The notes under the pieces were generated by a model. The model was not told the DNA's origin, did not search any database, and worked only from the letters and a program-made list of their open reading frames with translations. The translations under genes were made by a program, and so were the position numbers. This document shows positions 1-11,882 of a stretch of 52,547 nucleotides of DNA, piece after piece; the first letter of the stretch is position 1; every line of letters begins with the position of its first letter. The stretch is from NCBI RefSeq assembly GCF_001194135.2, contig NC_068998.1, forward strand, positions 33,406,101 through 33,458,647, written 5' to 3'. This stretch comes from Octopus bimaculoides. Its lineage: Eukaryota.

Positions 1-325
1 GTGCCCGTGGCATGTGTAAGGACTTTCGAGCGAGATCATTGCCAGTGCCCCTGGACTCGCTCTTGTGCGGGTGGCACATAAAATACACCGTTTTGAGCGT
101 GGTCGTTGCCAGTACCACCTGACTGGCCTTCGTGCCGGTGGCACATAAAAGCACCAACTACACTCTCAGAGTGGTTGGCGTTAGGAAGGGCATCCACCTG
201 TAGAAACTCTGCCAAATCAGATTGGAGCCTGGTGTAGCCATCTGGTTTCACCAGTCCTCAGTCAAATCGTCCAATCCATGCTAGCATGGAAAGCGGACGT
301 TAAACGATGATGATGATGATGATGA
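1..325 (+). mobile_element. SINE-like repeat (family 3), 5' part outside the window, ending in a (GAT)n tail
   Basis: Ends AGCATGGAAAGCGGACGTTAAAC-(GAT)n. Shares the block GTGGTTGGCGTTAGGAAGGGCATCCA and the 3' end with the copy at 3828-3990. Short tandem-repeat tails of this kind are typical of RTE-mobilised elements (established knowledge). Confidence 0.75.
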
Positions 326-1167
326 ATACAACATGTGTGTGTGTGTACACAATGATTTATGAATAAATCTCTTGAGATATTTGCTCTATATTAAGCTAGA
401 AAAACTCCTCTGTTCGTCTTATCATTAAGCATGCAGCCAACTTTTGATTGGCTAGTTAAAAACCAATGGTACTATTGCTTACTAATTCTGATATATAAGC
501 TGAATTCAACTAATTTTGCTTATTGAACAATTATTGAAATGTCTTATAAGAATGGTGATCTGTTAGGTTTTCCCTACAAGAAAACAATACTTATAAATGT
601 TAAAAAATTATGTAACAGGAGTAACATACTATTTAATATGAGATGAATTCACTGAGCTGCTGAGAAGCTGAACAATCAGTTTCATAGGTGTAGAGTTCTT
701 GTTAATATATTTAATTATTGATGTCTCAGTTATTTGTGGGGAGCAGATAGCAAAACTTCAGAAGATGTTAATTTTGATAGACTGACATCATAACCTACAG
801 GGGATATATTTCTTATCTAATTAATCTGATAGAATTATCAGCTAATGAACAGCTTTATGAAACCATGAAGATAGTATTTGAGCTGCTCTTGATATTAAAT
901 AGTTTATCAATATATTAATGTTTAGCTTATTAACCAAAGGCATTAATCATAAGACATTACTGGTGATCTAAGATGGTAGCAGTTATTTCACTATAATATA
1001 AAAGGTGATGCATATATTGGCTCATTAGGAGAAAAAATATTTTTTTGAAAACCTACACCAAATTTAGGCAGTTGTTTTCGGTAAAAAGATAAATAGATTG
1101 AGATTAGGCAGTGTAATACTTAGTTTGTTGTTCTACAATTTTAAAGAAGTTTGTGTATATTATCTTC

Positions 1168-1278
1168 TCCAACTACTACTGCTGCTGCCACCACCACCAC
1201 CACATCCACCACCACCACCACCACTGCTGCTGCCTCCTCCTCCTCCCCCTCCTCTTTCTTCTTCTTCTTCTTCTTCTC
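1168..1278. repeat. Compound trinucleotide microsatellite (CTA/CTG/CCA/CCT/CTT)n
   Basis: Directly visible; explains the poly-Leu/Pro/Ser ORF 1098-1490. Confidence 0.9.
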
Positions 1279-2035
1279 AAATATGTCTGACAATAAAGGA
1301 TAGACCATCTTGTTTAAAACTAATACCTGGATCTTGGGTAACTTTGATAAAGTCCATTCATTGTAAATACTTTGACAAGACCCTTAGCTTTACATCAGTC
1401 CTGAGCTTGACTAATATTTATTTTGAGGTTGTTTCAAATTGCTGTTCAGTGTACAACTATTTCATTAATTTATTATTGCTAAGTTATTGATCCTATACAA
1501 ATCATAGACAAAAGTTGAATCCTCTGCGCTGATTTTTCTTTTTTGTATTAATATGATTAACAAAGTACAAAGCTGGCATTCTGCAGTCAAATCAGTCCCC
1601 TGACAAGTAATAGATATTTGACCTGAGTCCTGTCTGAAGGTATTTTTTCATTAGGCATTTTATAGTGGTAAGAGAGCCACCTGACAAGTGGTAGATATGT
1701 AGTTCAGTCTCCATGACTAGGTTTGATTATTATTTATGTCTCAAACTGCACCTCATTCTATCTAATATTATTAAGTCTCCCTTGTGTAGGTCTAACTAAA
1801 CAGTAAGTTGTCCTCAGTTCTGTTCTCTCATGCAATCACACCAGAACAATATCAGAAAAAGATACTGAAGTCGATATAACACAATAAAACATGAAAATTA
1901 AATGACTGATAAATTTGGTACACCAAAGTTCAAATTATGAGGATTAAAATAAGCTTATACATGGATGTTTGGCTGCATTTCCATAATTCTCACAGAAAAA
2001 TTGCATTTCTGTAATTCTCTGAGAAAAGTAAGTTA

Positions 2036-2465
2036 CATATAACAACATTTGTTCTTGTGAAGTGTAATTATGGTAACGTCTTGGAAGTCTGCTGGCATAC
2101 TCTCTTCCTTCCAGATGGATACAAGGATGTTATGGAAGGCACTGAAAACCACATAGCCAAGTGCCATGTACAGTTCTGCAGAAATACCTTCTGCTCCTGG
2201 AGCTTTACCACAGTTCATTTCTTTTATGGCAGTCTTGACCTCATCTACACTAGGCAGCAGGTCTAGGTCTTTGAGTAGAGGCTTCTGAGGTATTTGCTGC
2301 AATGCTTCCTGGTTGACAGTGGATGGCCCATAGATGGCCCAACTTGATCCATCTTATAGCCATTCTTTACCTCATGGAATTGATCCTCTGCAAAGACATC
2401 AAGGTCTAAGTTTGAATCATTTGAGCTCTACAAGCGTCTTCTATACTGAAAATCTCTAGCTCTCA
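2036..2465 (-). pseudogene. RTE-clade LINE ORF fragment (linker and start of reverse transcriptase)
   Basis: Minus-strand translation PSTVNQEALQQIPQKP..LDLLPSVDEVKTAIKEMNCGKAPGAEGISAE..IWKEESMPADFQDVTIITLHKNK matches the RTE KAPGxDGIxAE / W..E..P.D..D..I..L.K.KG region. Truncated at both ends. Confidence 0.85.
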
Positions 2466-2473
2466 TCTGTTGA

Positions 2474-2513
<40 letters not shown>

Positions 2514-2530
2514 ATATATATATTTATATA

Positions 2531-2563
<33 letters not shown>

Positions 2564-2726
2564 TAGTGACAGAAGTAGTGTTAATACCACAAGTTAATAT
2601 TTATTCCCACTTAAACAGGAATGTTCTTTTAGAAAAAACTTTACTGCAGTAGATAAGAGAAACTCTCATATAAAGTTTTGGTGCAGAATACATGCTTGTT
2701 TATATCTCTAGTGGGGAGACATGCAC

Positions 2727-2765
<39 letters not shown>

Positions 2766-2920
2766 TACATATATACATACACACACACACATACACAAAT
2801 ACATATATATACACACACACATAAATGCATATATACACACAGATATACATTATATGTAAATACATTCATACATACATACATATGTGCATACTCTGAACCA
2901 TGTACACTCACACATACATA
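2474..2920. repeat. Two compound (TG)n/(TA)n/(CA)n microsatellite blocks
   Basis: Directly visible at about 2474-2562 and 2720-2920. Confidence 0.9.
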
Positions 2921-3588
2921 AACTATTAATAAAATAATAATGTATACTAACCAAAAGTAAAATGAAAAGTCAAAGCAAAATTACCATTAAGTTAAGAGAT
3001 ACTGTAGTATGGGCAAACACATAGATTTATATATACATATCATTCTAAAAATCTCTGCAGAAATTCAGGCGTAGGTATACACTTATAGCTTTAGTTAAGC
3101 TATACATAAAATAACAACAGACAGTAATTTGTTGAACTGTTGTTTATTGTGTGTCGAATATTCTCAAAGGTGAGAAACAATGATCCATCCCTAAAGCCCA
3201 AGTCTTGTTATCTGCTTCATCAGAATTGTCTTTTCTTACCAACTGTTTCAATAACTAGTCTGCAATAAAAGTCCTCATCCGCAATTTGTTTTTACAAGCT
3301 CACAGGCAATATCCTACCCCCTTTTGCAACCCAGCATTGCTCTGTCATCTCTCACTCTCTCTCTTGTCCCCCACACCGTGCCAACTGTATCATTGCTATC
3401 CTGTTACCCCCTATATACCCATGTTTAATCACTCACTGCATTCTCCTCCTTCCCTTCACTCATCTCCTTTGCACTCCCATGAACTCCCTTCTCATGCACC
3501 CCTGGGGAATCCTCTACCATTCATTTATATTCACCTCCTTGTACTTTGAGAGTATGCCCTGGCACATTGCCATCATCTCTCTTGCTCA

Positions 3589-3621
<33 letters not shown>

Positions 3622-3827
3622 AATGGTGTAATTATGTAACTCCACTACAGAAAGACATCTGTTCCTGTCCTCTGTCATACTCTAACCTATCACCGCCTGG
3701 CACAAAGTCATTTCTCTTTCAACACCACCCCACTCTCTCAGTTGTGGGAGTTTTATCTTGCTATTTACTGAATGATCTTACCAATGCTGTTGTCACATAA
3801 AAAAGCATTCAATCTACTTTTTAAAGT

Positions 3828-3988
3828 GGTTGGCATAAGGAATGGCATTCAGCTGTAAAAACCATGTCAAAGCAGACAGTGGAGCTTCGTGCAGTCTTCT
3901 GGCTTACTAGCAGCACCTGTCAAACCATCCAACCCATGCCAACATGGTACATGGATGTTAAACAATGATGACGATGATGATGATGATG

Positions 3989-3990
<2 letters not shown>
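3828..3990 (+). mobile_element. SINE family 3, diverged 3' fragment with (GAT)n tail
   Basis: GTGGTTGGCATAAGGAATGGCATTCAGCTGTAAAAAC...CCAACCCATGCCAACATGG...GTTAAAC(AAT/GAT)n aligns by eye with 171-325. Confidence 0.75.
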
Positions 3991-4031
<41 letters not shown>

Positions 4032-4041
4032 NNNNNNNNNN
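4032..4041. other. Assembly gap inside a (TA)n tract
   Basis: Run of N. Confidence 0.99.
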
Positions 4042-4082
<41 letters not shown>

Positions 4083-5597
4083 TATGACAGATTGATATGA
4101 CTGTTTATTATAGTCCTAAAGGCCATCACAGAGGAATTTAGAGCAGGCTAGCCAAGAGAATAATTTTTTTTGCTGGTGATCTAGTTCTCAAAGCTGAATT
4201 TACAGTGGGTAAAGGAGCTGTCAATATTTTGTTGGTCTGGTAGATTTCTTCATAACTGTTACAGAGAAAGAAATAAGAAGGTAGTTCAAGAGAAGTTTCA
4301 TAAAAGTGCACAAAATATAAACAAATGAAAATGGTATCAATACATAAAATATGTATTCCTCACAAACAGCATTTTTAACAAACAAAATTAAATTGGTCAA
4401 GTAAACTGAAAAATTAGGAATCCTTTTATAGATTCTGTTTGTACATAATTGCTTCCCCAGCAAATGTATGCCTTTATTTTTCAGATATAACATTCCAATG
4501 TACCTGCATTAGAGAGGTCATCCTCATAAAGACTAAAGTTCCCTCTGTACACTGTGTTATCTCCATCCATTTGCCAATCCTTTTACACGGTGCAATATGT
4601 GCATTTTATCAAGGCATTAGCACAAGAAAAGTTGCCTGCCCCCTTGCAGAACTAAAGAGTCTTAATAATCTTTTATTCCCTTCATTCAATGGGAATATAA
4701 TTAAAAGTGATGAGGGAGAGGGAGTGAAAAAAATAGTATAAGTATTGATATGGTGGGAGACACAGATAGAAGAGTAATGAAGGTGCGGCAGTGATATGCT
4801 GATACATGTTAGTTGTTGGTAATGAAGTTGAATAGAAAAACATGAGCAGTTTAATGGGATAAAGGTAAGAAGTAAAGGAAAGTAGGTGATGGAAGGGAAG
4901 TAATGGATGCGAGGGAGAGTGATATATGTCAAAAAGAATGACAGGGAGGAGGTAAGTGTGTGAGAGAATGAAAGCTTGAAAAATAGGAATAAAGATGGCT
5001 GATGGTAAGAGGGGACATGTAATGGCTAATCGTAGAGATGGGTGATAGTAAGAGAGAGAGTGATGGATGTCAGAAAATACAGAAATGGAGCTGGGAGGGC
5101 AGTAAAGATGTGTCATATTAAGTTATTAGATGATGATATATTTTGGTTTATACATTATAGTTGAAGCCATCTACCTCAATGAGTTTTTTTAGTGGTTTTA
5201 TAGAGAGAGCCCTAATTCTATCAAGTCACACATTCTAATGGCCAGAGCATTGTCAAACTAAAAGATGTAGCCAAAATGCCGAAGGAATGTTACGACAAGC
5301 TCTATGTCAGCTGTTTATAGAGTAAATGCAGAGATTATGGCCACCAGCAACTCTTGAACTATGTTATAGATATACATTGAATTTTGAGTGAGCAATTTTA
5401 ATAAATATGGTGCAGAACAGGAAATTCAACTTCTTGAGATCAATCTCCATCACTTCATTTTCTTTTTAATTCTCTCTTTTTGACAAGTTACATTGACTGT
5501 GAGTGCTTAGCATTTCATTATACAACTGACACTCTTCATATGTATTACATAACCTGCACTAGTACAATCTTTCCCCTTGTTCATCTCATCTTATTCC

Positions 5598-5629
5598 ATG
5601 TATGTATATGTATGTGTGCGTGCGTGTGT

Positions 5630-5671
<42 letters not shown>

Positions 5672-5830
5672 AGAAAGAATGATAGATAGATAGAGATACA
5701 CACATACACATATAAGTGATGTAGAAGTGATGAAAAATACAGCACAAAGGCAAAGTTAAAATATATTTACAAGCACATATACATACATCCATATGTGTGT
5801 ATGTGTGTGTGTGTGTGTGTGTGTGTATGT
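5598..5830. repeat. Compound (TG)n/(AG)n/(GATA)n microsatellites
   Basis: Directly visible. Confidence 0.85.
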
Positions 5831-7399
5831 AATTCAATGTAATTATAGGATATCTACATAATGTGAAAGTTCCTTGTCTACTCTTTCCTGTAATTTTTCA
5901 CTGAATTTCTATCCTCTTTAAAATTGTTTCAGTCTAGTGAATTTAATGAGTTGTTAGAAGCTGAGAATTTAACCTCCTCCCCTCCTCTTATACACCCCCA
6001 CTTTTATTGTCTCCTTCTCTCATACCTTCTCTTTTTTATATCCCTGTCTTCATCCTAATATTCAAGTTATACCCAACTCAATGACAAATAACCTTTAACC
6101 TCAAAGAACCTGTTTTGGTGATCCTTTAAACAAGAATAGGTCAGAGGTATTTGTAAATACAATTATGTTGTTGATTCTTAAAACAGACATCACCATAATC
6201 CATACATTATTTTGTGTTATTGAGAATCTCTACTAATTACTAATATTTTCAGTAGTATTTCTGTTTCCCTTTCAATTAGTCTTGCTTTGCTTCATTTCTT
6301 TTTCGGTTCATTGATCAATACTTCATATTTATTCATCTAGCTCTTCATCTGAAGATTCCCCTCTAAATCCATTTTGTAGCCACTCTGATGATTTCTCTAT
6401 TAATTTGTATCTTTAGGATCAATGTATGTTGAGAACTACAAGTCTTCTAGTCACATAAAAGGCATTGCTTTTTATACTGAGGAGATGCTATCAATCTAAT
6501 TTGAGAATTATGAACTTGATGTCTTACAAAAATAGATACAGTACATATCTATGAAATGATTTTCACTATTTCCACTACAGTTTGTTGCTAGACTTTTCTT
6601 TATTCACTTTAATTTTATTGCACTTTTATAATTTATTTATTTATTGATACAGCTGTTGTTATTCTATCAATATTCAAACTAAATTTATTATTCATTTTTA
6701 TTATTAATGTAGTTTTGGTAATTCTCTCAATCTGCCAGATTGATTTTTGATGGGGCTATTTCACTTTTCTAGCTTTATAAAGCTCTATTTAGAAATGCCA
6801 ACAATTGTTTCAGCTTCTCATTTTGTTCTTATAAAACAGTCCAAAATGTTGGTTCATTATTACTGAGTCTTTCCTTTCATGCATAATAATCTAAACCATT
6901 ATGGTTACAATTGCAGTGTGCAATGGTACAATGGTAGAAATAGTAGCGCATGTATAAGTATGCATGTATACATACATAACTGTTAGAGAAATTGACAATA
7001 TACTACTTCTAGATGTTGAAGTGAGAAATATGATATACATCAGTGACAATCCCTTTTTCATTAGCAAATACTAAAATGGAAGCCGAGAAGGAAATTCTGT
7101 TCCATGTATAAAATAATTCAAATTCACTGAGAAATTAGATTTGTAGCATTTCCTCTCAAAATAGAGTATTTATTAAATGTTGTTATGCCAGTTAGTATTG
7201 CTCTTTTGATCTAGACACAAAAAATTTAAAATTCTATAGATAAATGGCTGTGAAAAGGGCAGTGGTATGCAGAGATTTGTTGATGCCAGTGGCTAATTCC
7301 TTGATTGCTTGCTCCCAAGACTTAACTTCGGGACTAATATTGAGAAACATGAAAAAGGAAGACATTTTAAATTTGTAAACACAAATGAAATAAACTTTT

Positions 7400-8572
7400 T
7401 ATCTATATTAAGTAGAAATCAGCTACATCGGTGTCCATGTCGCAAATGAGATCTTCTGTGTGAAAACATTTGAACTACATTTTTTTTTTGATCAACTGAG
7501 AAGAATTCTTTTTTGGTATTGATTAAAACCAAGTTAGTTACTCTTGTGACTTGAAACACCTGAGATATGTTTTTGTTAATTTCAGCTTTGAAAATGATCT
7601 TTCATACTTTTCATACCTTGCATTAAAAATGCAATGCACACTATAGGGAAGACATACCTTCCAAACTGCAGTAAAGACCCCTAAACATATTTGATATGAA
7701 AGGAAACTGTATTCCCTCTCCTTTTATCACTGAATGATTGTCACCTAATAATCATAATAATGTGCAAAGTCCAAATCTTTCTTCACTCTCAATAACAACT
7801 TAATCCAAATTCTGAGATCTTGAAAGAGAAAACTGCTGTCTTCCACTAAAGATTTTAATTGATTCACAATCTCTATTAATACTCTATTCATTTGTTGATG
7901 TGCCATCAGCTAACTATCTCCTGCTGAGTCTCCAGGCATCATTTTTTAGCTCCTTGTTCATGTAATTGTTATTCCCCATTCTTCACAATATTCATTAGCT
8001 GAAAGTATCGCATTGTGGATAATTTCATCATTTTTCAGATTCAGGATTTTAATAAACCCTTTCAGATCACAACAAGCTTCATGGAAATTGATGTTGAAAT
8101 CTTGCAAATGTGTTGAAACTTTCTCCACAAAAGATTGGATACAAAATTTTAATGCAGGAATTGTTAAAAAGGGTTCACAGGTGATCTTACATTAGATTTG
8201 GTATCCTTAGAAAATTGTCCTACTTGAAAGTGTTCCAAGGCATGCAATAACTTTGTCATACTCACTGTAAATTACATTTGCAGTATTACTCCATCATGTA
8301 TGACATTGCCTTTTCATGGACATTTTAACACTTCCTAATATAGCACACAGGTTGTGCACCACTTGCATGGACACAGGCCTAATTCACAAACACGGCTTTT
8401 TGGTAAGCACTAAGAATATTTTTTAAACACTTCTCATTCCAGCCATAATTACTCTGCTAAAATCTGCTTATTCACAAAAGTCATTCTTCCAATTCTCCAG
8501 AATTTTCTTTACCTAGCTGATTGCACTTTTCTTGATGATTTGAAAAGGTCCTACAAATGCTTCCTTTATTCA

Positions 8573-8615
<43 letters not shown>

Positions 8616-9480
8616 CACAATTTCATAAACCTGATACTCATGGGTAATATCTAGTATTATGCTAAAATATTTTGAAGCCTTAGTTTCAGAAATTAATCTT
8701 TTCTTGACAGTTTCAACAATGAGATTGATTAGTTTTTTTTATTTCTTTTGGACAAGTAGAAGACATTTCTTTGGTTTATTTTGCTGTCTCTACAAGTTTC
8801 CATCTACAATTACATCGTACTTGGCTAAAATTCCAACTCTTACTGAAAACTTTCCTGTAATATTACAGATTTTCTCCTCTGACACCAATAAACTAGACTT
8901 ACTTTACCTGAATGCTCAAAAAAAAAAGGCCAAATCCTGCTTTGCCAGAAATCTCACCAATCTGTTCAGCTACAGCTTTCCATTTTTCCTTTTCAGCTGA
9001 TATTTGCTGTTGAAGTTTAGCACCTATCATCATAGTCGAATGCTGAAGTTACACTACCAGGCTCAAGTATTTCCTCATATAAGCTCTATGAGACAGGCTT
9101 GTCTCATAGTCAGGTATTCATGGATTCACCTTCCTCCAAACGGAGAAATTTTTCTGACTAAAGTTTGACATTAACAATCAATGTTCCTTTGAAAATAAAA
9201 AGCAAACAAAGCCTATTTCCCTAAATAGAGACTATAGCAGCCATTTCCTCTCCATGAGTTCTCTGTTTGTAGAAACATTCTCAAATCACAATTTTGAAAA
9301 GGATCTCTTATTATGAAAAGGATCTCTTGTTATCGTAGTAAATGGATTGCTTTTACTTTGATATCTTTCTTGATCATGTTGTACTAGTATCCTCTTCAAA
9401 TGGAAGCAGTTTCTTGAAATACCCAAAATATACTTAAATTTCCTCTGAATCTTCATTCTAGCAAGGATACTAAGGAGAGA
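7400..9480 (-). pseudogene. Highly decayed hAT transposase, TTF-zinc-finger (THAP12/ZMYM1-like) type
   Basis: Minus-strand fragments in the expected order: NRELMERKWLL*S..IGFVCFLFS (about 9190-9270, TTF zinc finger); LQQQISAEKEKWKAV / LNRLVRFLAKQDLAF (about 8910-9020); ERSFSKLKLTKTYLR..SQE (about 7540-7610, hAT dimerisation domain). Many stops and frameshifts; ends not resolved. Confidence 0.75.
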
Positions 9481-9675
9481 CAGTGTTATATTCTGATTCT
9501 ATAACAAAAAAATCCTCCATCGCTCCACATCAGTTTTCGTTTCTCCTACTTTCTCTTCTTTTCTCTACTTCCTATGTTCCTCTTGCTGGAAATCTTCTTT
9601 GTCTTTGGTTTTTATTTATTCCTGTTATGTGTTCCAGTCAGCTGCTCTATCTTCATCTGCGGTGTAAATATAATG

Positions 9676-10550
9676 CATGGTGGTATCAAGAGGTTCCCAG
9701 AATAGTTATGTTTAATAAAAGATAACTTATTTACCTAAGTTTTAACATTATCTCCTTCGAAGTTATCACCTTGCACAGCCAGCAATATACCAGTCCCAAC
9801 GTTCCTGCCACTTTTGGAACCTGGCCTGGAAGTTGTTTTCAATAAGTGAGACAAGGACTTTCTGTGATTCGCTCTGGATCTCAACAATGGTGTTAAAACG
9901 GTGACCTTTGAGCTGAATTTTCATCTTGGTGAAGAGATGGAAGTCTGTAGGTGCTAAATCTGACGAATAGGGCAGGTGTAGAAGTGACACCATGTTTTTT
10001 TTGGTGAGAAACTCACAAGTGAAGAGAGCTTGGTGACAGGGTGCATTGTCATCATGAAGAATCCAATTCTTCGCACTCCACAGATCCAGTTGCGATTGAT
10101 GGTTGGCCCTGGAGAACCAATTTTCGATGAACAATACCACATTTCTGTAGGTGACACTTGTGTCAGGTCTTCTAGATTGCTCATCATCTTCCAGAGGCAT
10201 TCTTCTGCTTTTGAAGGCCTGTGCCACTCAAAACATTGTGTACAACCCATTGCCTCATCACCATAAGCTTGCCAAAGCATGCTCAATATCTCTGTAGCAG
10301 ACTTTCTGAATTTAATACAAAATTTCATGTTGGCTCTTTGTTCCTGTCCATGACAAAATCGCAGACTACAGCATATATGTGATCACAAAACCACAAATTT
10401 CACAATTTGTGAAGTAAACACAGTGATGTCACTCAGCACACTGCCTCATGAAGCTCACTGCTAGCTCTCACTGCACAGGCAACTGTGTGCTGCCATGCCA
10501 TCTGTTGGTATGTTACAGAACTAGTCCATTAAATTTTTGATACTACCACA
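9676..10550 (-). mobile_element. Internally deleted mariner element
   Basis: N-terminus MKFCIKFRKSATEILSMLWQAYGDEAM..CFEW (HTH region). C-terminus WILHDDNAPCH..LLHLPYSSDLAPTDFHLF..LKGHRF..FQKWQERW (HDNA and YSPDLAP.DF motifs). The first catalytic-Asp region is missing. Imperfect TIRs CATGGTGGTATCAAGA / TGTGGTAGTATCAAAA; TA at 10551-10552. Confidence 0.92.
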
Positions 10551-10825
10551 TAGATTACTCAGTTGTTTGTACCACATTTTCGACAGTAGATATAATAGCC
10601 TAAAATATTATATTATTCTCTCTCTATGTATATACAAACTTTTATGCACTTGTTGCATGAGTTCTCCGGCACCCTGGCACAACCCTCTTGAAATGTTCTA
10701 TGGTTATTCTAACTGTACATATAACTTACAATCTGCTATACACATTTGATTTGCATTACATTAACGTACGATTGGACCAATTTCCCAGAATTATATTCAT
10801 CTGGTCAATTAACTGTTTGCATGTA

Positions 10826-11042
10826 CGAAAGGGCGCTGAAAAGTTCCTGGCTTTAATGGTATCAGGAAAAGCTTGGTTGGAGGCCCAACCTTCTGAGTTC
10901 TTTTACAGGGCTTAGAAAACTGAAGGACTGCTGCAATAAGTGTGTGACTCCAAGAGGAAAAATATGTTGGATAAAATCATAAGTAACTGATCCTCTTGTA
11001 TTTTCTTTTACCCAAAGCCAGGAACTTTTCAGCATCTCCTCG
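10826..11042 (+). mobile_element. Mariner-derived MITE (217 bp)
   Basis: About 29-bp TIRs CGAAAGGGCGCTGAAAAGTTCCTGGCTTT / AAAGCCAGGAACTTTTCAGCATCTCCTCG, flanked by TA at 10824-25 and 11043-44. Confidence 0.85.
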
Positions 11043-11424
11043 TATTTAGTAACCTATATTAGTATATATAATGAGTTTTAACATTAATGCTGGTCAGTTG
11101 GGTTGAGGCAAGCAGACTGTGAATTTAAGCAAGCTCAGTGGCATTTATAGAATTACCACTGTTTTATGTTACCTTAATCAGTATTACATACAGTATTTAT
11201 GTGTAACAATTTTTTTACTCTGGTATCACTTATTTAAAACATACATTCCCATTCACATCAGCTTCTTGAACTGTAGGGCAGCTTATAAAATGAAGTTAAC
11301 TGCAATAATTGCAAATTTCAAATAACTTTAATCTAATTTTACTCTTGAGATACTCCTCTGAAATGGATGTCCAAGGACATTGCTCCCTCTGCATTCTTTG
11401 CTGCACACAACTGTAAAAGTGCTT

Positions 11425-11882
11425 TATTTACATTATTTACAATTGACGGATATTTGTCCTCATCTTGTTTGTTGTTAGCACAATGTTTCGGCTCATACCC
11501 TTCAGCCTTCATCACATGTCTTGAGGAAATTTCGAGCCTGGGTTCTTATTCCTGTGGTATTTTTTGATGTTATTATTATTATTATTCAGGTCACTGCCTG
11601 GAATTGAACTCAGAATCTTGGGGTTAGTAGCCTGCACTCTTAACCCCAAGATTCCGAGTTTGATTCCAGGCAGTGACCTGAATAATGATGATAATAATAA
11701 TAACATTGAAAAATACCTTAAGAATGAGAACCCAGGTTCGAAATTTCCCCCAAGACACCTGATGAAGGCTGGAGGGTATATCAGCCGAAACGTTGTGCTA
11801 ACAACAAGCACGATGAGGACAAATATCCGTCAGTTGTAAATAATGTAAATAATGTACATAATTCCTCATCTCTTAAATATAG
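11425..11882. mobile_element. Inverted dimer of a tRNA-headed, hammerhead-containing SINE-like retroelement with 16-bp TSD
   Basis: Arms about 11424-11626 (minus) and 11641-11852 (plus) are reverse complements around a 14-nt spacer. Flanked by AACTGT(A/G)AAAGTGCTT at 11409-11424 and 11883-11898. Head contains a B-box-like GAGTT(C/T)(A/G)ATTCC. Confidence 0.85.
11756..11797 (+). ncRNA. Minimal type-I hammerhead ribozyme motif (family A)
   Basis: CAC-CTGATGA-A-GGCTG(gagggtatat)CAGCC-GAAA-CG-TT-GTG: intact core, 5-bp helix II, palindromic ACGT helix III, GUU cleavage triplet, short CAC/GTG helix I. Confidence 0.8.

Noticed and set aside
1098-1490. Poly-Pro/Ser ORF
   Set aside because: Explained by a compound trinucleotide repeat; the flanks have no protein-like signal.
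3155-3265. Minus-strand peptide LLKQLVRKDNSDEADNKTWALGMDHCFSPLRIFDTQ* as a terminal exon
   Set aside because: Plausible acceptor but no homology recognised and no other support.
6329-6411. Minus-strand peptide YKLIEKSSEWLQNGFRGESSDEELDE* as a terminal exon
   Set aside because: Weak acceptor, unrecognised peptide and no linked exons.
8860-9050. Apparent exon with CAG|GTAAAG donor on the minus strand
   Set aside because: The sequence is better explained as frameshifted hAT transposase.
11585-11645. tRNA gene
   Set aside because: No acceptor stem, truncated A-box region and poor arm pairing; it is a SINE head.
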